From Megasphaera sp. UBA5897 (GTDB lineage Bacteria > Bacillota > Negativicutes > Veillonellales > Megasphaeraceae), in contig DJEN01000050.1 of the NCBI GenBank assembly GCA_002431345.1, forward strand, positions 2,371 to 66,370: 64,000 nucleotides of DNA, read 5' to 3'. The translations under genes and the position numbers were made by a program. Below the pieces are notes generated by a model. The model saw only the letters and a list, made by a program, of their open reading frames with translations. It was not told where the DNA came from and did not search any database. This document shows positions 54,490 to 62,331 of the stretch, piece by piece (the stretch's first letter is position 1; every line of letters begins with the position of its first letter).

Positions 54490-55056
54490 ATGAAATCAAA
54501 AATAGATGTTACTATTTTTAAAAATGGTGATATTGATATGCTCCATGCTTCCATTTATGAAGAATTATGGAAAGATTATTGTGCGTTAAAAAAAAGAGCC
54601 CGCATGCATGAAGAAAAGAATACGGCAAAGGGAGCCTATTTGTGCCGCCGGTATCAGCGCGCGGCGCTTCTTTCTTTATTTGCTTTTTTTGAAGGTGTTT
54701 TGGATAATTGGCTGAACAAGCTGCAGCAGGACTATCAGGAATATCAGCATGTATCCATGACGGATCTGAAAGAAAAATGCGATGCTGTATTGGGCTATTG
54801 CTTTTATTGCACGTATACCAAACGAACCCAGGATTTTACCGAACTGTATGATATTATCAGCCGCTTTGAACAGCACGACGTGTCGCTGATTGAACATATC
54901 AACCGAGACATGCTGATAAAAACGGAAACCGCCATCGATTCGTATTTGTGTTATGTCGAAGCCATGACGACGCTGCGGCGCTTTCCCAAACCGGATAAAT
55001 CGACAACCGGTTTGATGGACAAACTGGGCGGCATGGTCAAAGGGTGTTGCAATTAA
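54490..55056 (+). CDS. Hypothetical all-alpha protein
   Basis: 188-aa ORF co-oriented after mscL; no family recognised with certainty. Confidence 0.7.
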   Translation: MKSKIDVTIFKNGDIDMLHASIYEELWKDYCALKKRARMHEEKNTAKGAYLCRRYQRAALLSLFAFFEGVLDNWLNKLQQDYQEYQHVSMTDLKEKCDAVLGYCFYCTYTKRTQDFTELYDIISRFEQHDVSLIEHINRDMLIKTETAIDSYLCYVEAMTTLRRFPKPDKSTTGLMDKLGGMVKGCCN

Positions 55057-55162
55057 ATCATGTATTTACAAATAGTGTGTTCTGTTTTTATAAATGGAAT
55101 ACACTTGTTTTTTATATTTCGTTGGAGTATGATATACATATATAAATTTATATCGTATAGTT

Positions 55163-55293
55163 AGTCTTTGAGGCATGGTGAGAAAGGGCAATCCTTTCGT
55201 ATTCCTGACCGGTGGTAATAGTCCGCAACCTCCTTTGGGAGCTGACTCGGTGTAATTCCGAGACCGACAGTATAGTCTGGATGGGAAAAGACG
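55163..55293 (+). promoter_or_regulatory. FMN (RFN) riboswitch aptamer, variant
   Basis: P1 GUCUUU/AAAGAC; AUUCC.GACCGGUGGU.AUAGUCCGC; UGACUCGGUGUAAUUCCGAGACCGACAGUAUAGUCUGGAUGGGA. Confidence 0.92.
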
Positions 55294-55333
55294 TGGGCAC
55301 GGCAGCAATGTTTGCCGTGTGTTTCTCATGAAG

Positions 55334-55361
55334 AAAAAGACTGGCATGCCAGTCTTTTTTT
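55334..55361 (+). terminator. Riboswitch-controlled attenuator terminator
   Basis: AAAAAGACTGGC-AT-GCCAGTCTTTTTTT just upstream of the kinase RBS. Confidence 0.8.
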
Positions 55362-55391
55362 GTGCCGCAGGATAGAAAGGCAGGTACAAGA

Positions 55392-56921
55392 ATGGAAACG
55401 AAGTATTATTTGGGATTTGATGCGGGAACGCAAAGTGTAAAAGTAGCTGTATATGATGACGCGCTGCAGTGCGTGGCGATGGATACGGCAAAAACGACTT
55501 TATACTATCCTCATCCGGGATGGGTGCAGATGGATGTCGATGAGTATTATCGCCTGATCAAACAATGCATGGCTTCATGCAGCCGGCAAATGCGGGATAA
55601 AGGGCTGGACGTCCGTGCCGTGCGTGCGATTATGGGGGACGGTATTATCTGCGGCATTGCCGGCATCGATGCCGATGGTAATGCCATTACGCCGTATATC
55701 AATTATTTGGACAGCCGCACGGCAGAAGACGTACAGGCATTAAAAGAAAAAAATTATTCTATTTGGGCAAAAGAAACGGGCAATGCCGAACCAAACGTCA
55801 TGTTTCCGGCTATGTTTGCCCGTTGGTTTATGAAACATATTCCGGCATGGAAAGAAAAAGGCGTGAAGTTCGTGCATAACTGCCCGTATGTATTGATGCA
55901 TTTAGCAGGCTTGTCCGGTACGGATGCTTTTATTGACTGGGGTATGATGTCCGGCTGGGGACTGGGCTACCATGTCATAGAAAAACGTTGGTCTGCCGAA
56001 CAGCTTCGCCTGTTGGGCATAGATGCTGCGTATATGCCAAAAATAGTCAAGCCTTGGGACATCATTGGTACGCTGCGGGAAGAAGACGCATTGGAAACGG
56101 GTTTCCCAGCAGGCATCCCGATTTGTGCCGGTGCCGGTGATACGATGGAATCCATGATGGGCAGCGGTATTTTGGAAGCAGGACGGGCTGTGGACGTAGC
56201 AGGCACGTGTGCCATGTTCTGCGCAGCAACGGACGGCATTATTCCGGAACTGTCCGTACCGGGAAGCGGCTTGATTTTTAATTCCGGCACACTGCCGGGC
56301 ACGTACTTTTATTGGGGTATGGTACGCACTGGCGGGCTGGCGCTGCGCTGGTTTAAAGACAGTGTCAGCCGTCATGAAGAAGACGCGTATTACAGTACGC
56401 TGGATGCGTTGGCTTCCCGCCATCCTGCAGGCTGTGACGGCGCCATGTTTATCCCGTATTTGACAGGCGGCAACGGCGATTTTCCTCATGTCAGAGGTAC
56501 GTTTACCGGTCTGACGCTGGATTCTGATCAGGGAGCTATGTGGCGCTGCGTCTTAGAAGGAATCGGCTATGATTATATGGAAATTACGGACCGCTACCGC
56601 CATGCGGGAATTGATTTGACACAGCTGACTATTACGGAAGGCGGCAGCCATGATGCCTTGTGGAATCAGATCAAAGCCGATATGCTGGATACGCAGGTCA
56701 TGACTCTGCAGGTAGCCGGAGGAGCTGTACCGACAAACTGCATTGTTGCTGCGTACAGTGTAGGCGATATAAAAGAATTAAAACAGGCGCTGCAGCGGCA
56801 ATTGACTGCTAAAGATACGTATCAGCCGAATCCGGATTGTACCAAGTTATATCGCGAACTATATAAAAAAAGAAATCACATCGTCAAAGCACTCAATGCC
56901 AGCATGGCTGCAGATATATAG
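55392..56921 (+). CDS. FGGY-family carbohydrate kinase (xylulo-/ribulokinase-like)
   Basis: LGFDAGTQSVK, PHPGW, DSRT, GAGD, FIPYLTG, VLEGIGY, WNQIKADML. Confidence 0.92.
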   Translation: METKYYLGFDAGTQSVKVAVYDDALQCVAMDTAKTTLYYPHPGWVQMDVDEYYRLIKQCMASCSRQMRDKGLDVRAVRAIMGDGIICGIAGIDADGNAITPYINYLDSRTAEDVQALKEKNYSIWAKETGNAEPNVMFPAMFARWFMKHIPAWKEKGVKFVHNCPYVLMHLAGLSGTDAFIDWGMMSGWGLGYHVIEKRWSAEQLRLLGIDAAYMPKIVKPWDIIGTLREEDALETGFPAGIPICAGAGDTMESMMGSGILEAGRAVDVAGTCAMFCAATDGIIPELSVPGSGLIFNSGTLPGTYFYWGMVRTGGLALRWFKDSVSRHEEDAYYSTLDALASRHPAGCDGAMFIPYLTGGNGDFPHVRGTFTGLTLDSDQGAMWRCVLEGIGYDYMEITDRYRHAGIDLTQLTITEGGSHDALWNQIKADMLDTQVMTLQVAGGAVPTNCIVAAYSVGDIKELKQALQRQLTAKDTYQPNPDCTKLYRELYKKRNHIVKALNASMAADI

Positions 56922-57200
56922 GTATATTTTCACATAGTACATGCTAAAAGTTCATAATATAACATACTCAGATGCGGTATTTATATCAAATTATGCTAAA
57001 ATAGCATTTGACTTGTTATATCATAGCGCAAAAAGCATACAAAATAGGAAGATTTTTAAAAATAATGCGGCTTTTTAGTAGATTTTTTCGTAGAAAGTGT
57101 TATACTTATAAATGTAAGCAGTGCATCTTATTTGAAACAGCGTGACACTTTTAAGAAAAATAACGTGAAAAAAATCACGCTGAATAAGGAGGAGTTAAAC

Positions 57201-58061
57201 ATGTTTTGTAAAAAAGTAATGGTAATTGGTGCAGGTACAATGGGTTCCGGTATTGCTCAGGTTTTTGCTACACACGGCTGCGAAGTTGTTTTGAACGATA
57301 TTAAAGATGAATTCGTTGCTGGCGGCAAAGCTAAAATTGATAAATCCTTAACAAAATTAGTTGCTAAAGGAAAAATGACACAGGAAGATAAAGACGCAGC
57401 TATGGCTCGTGTTTCTGGTTTTGTAACTCGTACAAAAGAAAACATGGCTGATATTGACCTCGTTGTTGAAGCAGCTATTGAAGATTTGAAAATCAAATCT
57501 GCTATCTTCAAAGAATTAGATGAACTTTGCCCAGCAGATACTATTTTGGCAAGTAACACATCTTCTTTGGCTATTACGCAGATTGGCGCAGCTACAAAAC
57601 GTCCGGACAAAGTTATCGGCATGCATTTCTTTAACCCGGCTCCAGTCATGAAATTAATCGAATTGATCAATGGTATTGCAACATCCGATGATACATTCAA
57701 AAAAGTTCAGGAAACAGCTACTGAATTGGGCAAATCCCCTGTTAAAGTTGCTGACTTCCCGGGCTTCGTAGGCAACCGTGTTGTCATTCCTATGATTAAC
57801 GAAGCTATCCAGGCTTTGATGGAAGGCGTTGCTTCCAAAGAAGATATCGATACCGTTTGCAAACTGGGCTTCAACCATCCAATGGGCCCATTGGCTTTGA
57901 GCGATTTGATTGGTAACGATGTTGTTCTTCATATCATGGAAGTTCTCTATGATGGCTTTGGCGATCCGAAATATCGTCCGTGCCCGCTCCTCAAAAAATA
58001 TGTTAACGCTGGCTACCTCGGTCGCAAAACAGGTAAAGGCTTCTACGATTACACAAAATAA
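57201..58061 (+). CDS. hbd: 3-hydroxybutyryl-CoA dehydrogenase
   Basis: [31 protein letters not shown]. Confidence 0.96.
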   Translation: MFCKKVMVIGAGTMGSGIAQVFATHGCEVVLNDIKDEFVAGGKAKIDKSLTKLVAKGKMTQEDKDAAMARVSGFVTRTKENMADIDLVVEAAIEDLKIKSAIFKELDELCPADTILASNTSSLAITQIGAATKRPDKVIGMHFFNPAPVMKLIELINGIATSDDTFKKVQETATELGKSPVKVADFPGFVGNRVVIPMINEAIQALMEGVASKEDIDTVCKLGFNHPMGPLALSDLIGNDVVLHIMEVLYDGFGDPKYRPCPLLKKYVNAGYLGRKTGKGFYDYTK

Positions 58062-58183
58062 TATTGAGCAAAATGTGCTCCGCAGACAGTGGGCGTGAGA
58101 AATCACGCCCATGTTTGCCATAAAGCATGCAGCATGGTGTCCAAACAAACTACAAATATTGTCCAGATTAGGAGGCTATTATC

Positions 58184-58966
58184 ATGGCATACGAAAACAT
58201 TAACTATACAGTTGAAAACGGCATTGCAACCATTGCTATTAATCGTCCAAAAGCATTGAATGCATTGAACTTGGCAACATTGACAGAATTAAAAGATGTT
58301 GTAGAAAAAATTGCTGTAGATAAAGCAGTTCAGGTCGTTATCATTACAGGTGCCGGCGAAAAATCTTTCGTTGCAGGTGCTGATATTGTTGAAATGTCTA
58401 CGAAGAACGCCGTAGAAGGCCGCGTATGGGGCCAGGTAGGTCAGAATATCTTCACAGAAATTGAAAACCTGCCGCAGCCTGTTATTGCAGCTGTCAACGG
58501 TTTCGCTTTAGGCGGCGGCTGCGAATTGGCCTGCGCCTGCGATATTCGGTATGCTTCTGAAAACGCTAAATTTGGTCAGCCGGAAGTCGGCCTCGGCATT
58601 ACACCGGGCTTTGGCGGTACACAGCGCTTGACTCGTGTTGTTGGCCGTGGTCATGCCAAAGAATTGATTTATACGGCAAGTATTATCGATGCACAGGAAG
58701 CTCTTCGCATCGGCTTGGTTAATAAAGTCGTTCCGCAGGCTGAATTGATGGACGCTGTTATGAAATTGGCAAAAACGATTACGAAAAAAGCTCCGGTTGC
58801 TGTACAGCTTGCAAAAGCTGCTATTAACCGCGGCATTAACTGCGATGTAGTAACAGGTATTTCTTACGAAGCAGAAGTATTCGGCCTTTGCTTTGCAACA
58901 GCAGACCAAAAAGAAGGCATGAAAGCTTTCATTGAAAAACGTAAACCGACATTTGAAGGTAAATAA
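58184..58966 (+). CDS. crt: Crotonase (short-chain enoyl-CoA hydratase)
   Basis: NRPKALNALN, FVAGADI, GFALGGGCEL, GQPEVGLGITPGFGGTQRL. Confidence 0.96.
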   Translation: MAYENINYTVENGIATIAINRPKALNALNLATLTELKDVVEKIAVDKAVQVVIITGAGEKSFVAGADIVEMSTKNAVEGRVWGQVGQNIFTEIENLPQPVIAAVNGFALGGGCELACACDIRYASENAKFGQPEVGLGITPGFGGTQRLTRVVGRGHAKELIYTASIIDAQEALRIGLVNKVVPQAELMDAVMKLAKTITKKAPVAVQLAKAAINRGINCDVVTGISYEAEVFGLCFATADQKEGMKAFIEKRKPTFEGK

Positions 58967-58994
58967 GTTTCTCCTTAACACTAAGATTATACAG

Positions 58995-59026
58995 AAAAAG
59001 CTGCCGCGTTGTGCGGCAGCTTTTTT
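58995..59026. terminator. Bidirectional terminator
   Basis: AAAAAGCTGCCGC-GTTGT-GCGGCAGCTTTTTT. Confidence 0.8.
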
Positions 59027-59126
59027 CATGCTGGAAGCATTCGGTATTTGTCTTGCAGTTGTTGTACATGACAGCGTGTATTTCTCTTTTTTTCCTGCTC
59101 AATGTCATCAGTATCATAGAAAAGCA

Positions 59127-60134
59127 TTAAAATGACATAAGACGAAACAAGGCGTCGTCATCTTCCAACATGGCATCAAAACAATATTGTGTTGCTTTCG
59201 TGTCAGCCAAACTGTTGTGCCAATTGGCGTCTGGATATCCATAATGAGCGGCACAGGTTTTTAATTTGGCATACGTACGGGGATGCAGTATATCGGTATG
59301 GACAAAAGAATAGGCTTCACCGATATCTAAATAGATAGGCGTATGCGGAAATTGTACACCGTATGCATGAAGATGGCTGATATCCTGCATGGTGCTGTAG
59401 CCAACAATCAGCTGTGCGTTGGCAAATAATTGCGTCAAGGCGGGGACAGCTGTTTGAAAGGACGGTTTATCAGCTACCATGGCAGGCGTAATATGATGGA
59501 TTTCCATGGCTCTATCCCAAGAAGTGATTTTTTGGGGGCAGAAATAGTGATTATAGACGACTTGTCCCAAGCCATTTACGATGGACACTTGTAAAATTTC
59601 ATCTGTAGGAAGCAGTCCTGTCAATTCAATATCTACGACCAAGATACGCTGGGCGTCCAAGGTTCGGATATAGGCTTTTACTTCGCGGGATAATTGGATG
59701 CGCCGCTGTAGCGCTGCTGAATAGGGCGGTGTATGCAGCAAAGATGAAACCGCACCGTCTGCTTCATGTGTTTGGTATATCTGTTCACGCTGCAGCCAGG
59801 CTTTGGCTGCCCGGTAATTGGAAAAGCTTTTGGCGCGTGCCCCTTTATATCCCTGCGTATAGGAATAATATTGTGCCGTATCGGTAATGATACCGGTTTT
59901 GCGCCCTCTGCTGACGGCATAGTAGCGTTTTGCCGGATGGCGGGCAGAACAGGCTGCCGGTGTTGTCGATACGAGTCCGGCTTGTTTTTGGCTGTCCAAC
60001 CAAGCTGCTGCGGCTTCTTTGGTTGCAAACGCTTTAGCACAAACGCCGCTGAAATGTGCCGTATATTGTGTATATTCTTGTTGTTTTGTAAAAATGCCGG
60101 TTTTATGGCCGGCACTAATTGCATAAAACTTCAT
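59127..60134 (-). CDS. DEDDh 3'-5' exonuclease with two N-terminal RNase H1-type hybrid-binding (viroplasmin-like) domains
   Basis: Two (F/Y)YA..G.KTGI...AK.F....AA.AWL repeats; VVDIELTG, QD, HNSLAD exonuclease motifs. Confidence 0.85.
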   Translation of the reverse strand: MKFYAISAGHKTGIFTKQQEYTQYTAHFSGVCAKAFATKEAAAAWLDSQKQAGLVSTTPAACSARHPAKRYYAVSRGRKTGIITDTAQYYSYTQGYKGARAKSFSNYRAAKAWLQREQIYQTHEADGAVSSLLHTPPYSAALQRRIQLSREVKAYIRTLDAQRILVVDIELTGLLPTDEILQVSIVNGLGQVVYNHYFCPQKITSWDRAMEIHHITPAMVADKPSFQTAVPALTQLFANAQLIVGYSTMQDISHLHAYGVQFPHTPIYLDIGEAYSFVHTDILHPRTYAKLKTCAAHYGYPDANWHNSLADTKATQYCFDAMLEDDDALFRLMSF

Positions 60135-60378
60135 GATTCCATCCTCATCCGTGCTGGTATATATATTTATCGTAAAACTGTATTACTACTATACCATATC
60201 ATAAAAAATTTGTTTAGCGTAGAGCCTTAACGAAAAACGTTCGTTGTTTATCGGGACTTTGCTGCGTCCTGCCGCATGGCTTGAGAACTAGATGGGGGAT
60301 AAAAGAAAAAGCGTATACTCATATCGCTGGTTGCGATAGAGAATATACGCTTTTTTGTACAAATGGACTGCTGTGTTT

Positions 60379-61332
60379 TTAAAATAAATCTTTTCGCCAT
60401 AACATGGCGATGGCTGCCAGCGCACAAATGAGAGCCAGAATGATGATATAGAAAAATCCCATGGCGTTTTCTTGGAATGGAACCGGAACGTTGACACCCC
60501 ATAAACTGAAGATAATCGTCGGCACGGCCAAGATAATCGTGATAGACGCCAAGAATTTCATGACTAAGTTCAAGTTGTTGGAAATGATGGAGGCAAATGT
60601 ATCAGACATGCTCATGAGAATGTTGGAATACATTTCTACCATTTCAATAGCCTGCTTGTTTTCGATGATGACATCTTCCAGCAAATCTTCATCTTCTTCA
60701 TACATTTTCAGCAAATGATGGAGCGATGTGTTGCGACGCAGCCGCATCAGGCGTTCCATAACGATACCGTTGCTGCGCAGAGCAGACGTGAAGTATGTCA
60801 ATGATTTTTGTAATTCTAAAAGCATAAAAAATTCTTTGTTGCGCATCGAATGCCGCAGAATTTCTTCAATATCATCGGTACGGCGGTTGATTTGCATTAA
60901 GTACCGCAGGAAAAGCGTGGCGCTGCGGTAGAGAATCTGAAACAAGAACCTTGTTTTTTTGAACGTGTAAAATAAAGGATATTTGTTTTGTGTAAATGCC
61001 CGCATGACTTCCGTGTTCTGAATGCACAGGGTAATAATAAAGTCAGGCGTAATAAAAATGCCCAGCGGCAGCGTATCGTAGCTGTCTGTTTCTAATATAA
61101 TAGGAATATTAATAACGACAAATATATAGTTATCTTCTAATTCAACGTGAGAACGTTCTTCTGTATCCAGCGCGGTCTTCAGGACGTCAGTTGGGATTTC
61201 GGTAACCATTGATACGAGCTGTAAATCTTCGGAATCAGGATTTACAACATTGATCCATGAACCTTTTTCGGCAGAAGCCAAGGATATGTTGTCTTCCAAA
61301 TGGCCATTGCTGTGTTTGTAAACTTGAATCAT
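60379..61332 (-). CDS. corA: CorA-family Mg2+/Co2+ transporter
   Basis: ALDTEERS, DVIIENKQAIEM, SNNLNLVMK, WGVN (GMN variant), two C-terminal TMs. Confidence 0.9.
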   Translation of the reverse strand: MIQVYKHSNGHLEDNISLASAEKGSWINVVNPDSEDLQLVSMVTEIPTDVLKTALDTEERSHVELEDNYIFVVINIPIILETDSYDTLPLGIFITPDFIITLCIQNTEVMRAFTQNKYPLFYTFKKTRFLFQILYRSATLFLRYLMQINRRTDDIEEILRHSMRNKEFFMLLELQKSLTYFTSALRSNGIVMERLMRLRRNTSLHHLLKMYEEDEDLLEDVIIENKQAIEMVEMYSNILMSMSDTFASIISNNLNLVMKFLASITIILAVPTIIFSLWGVNVPVPFQENAMGFFYIIILALICALAAIAMLWRKDLF

Positions 61333-61615
61333 TCCGCTTCTCCGTTTCCTCTTCGTTTTTGCGGGCACTAACCCTAAATTCTAATATAAGCATAAATGGG
61401 AATCTCGTCAAGTAAAATACAACATTTTACGGATTTTGCCTGTAAATTTATTGTAAAAAGAAAGGGGAAAGGGTTTGTTTGGATATTACTTGCAGCGTAA
61501 TCTTTTATAAACAAAAGGAATTTGCTATAATAAAGTGTATTTAGGGTATAGAACAGCTTATGGCGTACAAACGGGGGAATACGCAGTGATAGGGCTGCAC
61601 AGAGGAGGAGTATCG

Positions 61616-62305
61616 TTGTCTGGTGTATTAATAAATGGAATAGCGGCTTTTATAGGTGCGGCAGCAGGCATTCTGCTGAAAAAAGGAATTCCCGAACGGA
61701 TTACGAAGGCGTTGTTTTCTGCGATTGCCCTGTGTGTCTGTATAATGGGCGTGCAGGGAGCCGTCAAAACAGAAAATTTGCTATTGCTCTTGGCTTCCAT
61801 GACGATAGGCACTTTGCTGGGAACCATGCTGCAATTGGAAGAACGGATGCATCACAGCGGTGAATGGTTGAAAAATAAACTAGGAGCAGACAGCGATTCG
61901 CGGTTTGTGCAGGGCTTTGTCGTCGTGACGATTATACAGGTTGTAGGTGCCATGTCTATTTTGGGTCCGGTGCAGGCGGCGCTGCTGGGTGACTATTCAC
62001 TGCTGTATTTTAAATCCGTGCTGGATGGTGTAGCGTCTATTATTTTTGGCGCGATTTATGGCATGGGCACGTTGCCGGTGTGTATAGTCATCGTTGTCTA
62101 TGAAATGATTTTTTACGTATTGGCCCATATGGTTTCGCCGCTGATGACACCGGATGTCATTCGGGAGCTCAATGCTGTCGGCAGTGTTATGATTTTTGCC
62201 ATCTCGCTGAACATGCTGGGCATTACGAATTTAAAAGTGACGGATTATTTGCCGGCTCTTTTTATACCTATTATATATTATCATCTTTTTGCAGGATGGT
62301 TATAA
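61616..62305 (+). CDS. DUF554-family membrane protein
   Basis: GVLING..I.G, VGAMSILG, KSVLDG; TTG start after AGGAGG. Confidence 0.85.
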   Translation: MSGVLINGIAAFIGAAAGILLKKGIPERITKALFSAIALCVCIMGVQGAVKTENLLLLLASMTIGTLLGTMLQLEERMHHSGEWLKNKLGADSDSRFVQGFVVVTIIQVVGAMSILGPVQAALLGDYSLLYFKSVLDGVASIIFGAIYGMGTLPVCIVIVVYEMIFYVLAHMVSPLMTPDVIRELNAVGSVMIFAISLNMLGITNLKVTDYLPALFIPIIYYHLFAGWL

Positions 62306-62331
62306 GATTTCCGTGAAAGAGGATTACACTA

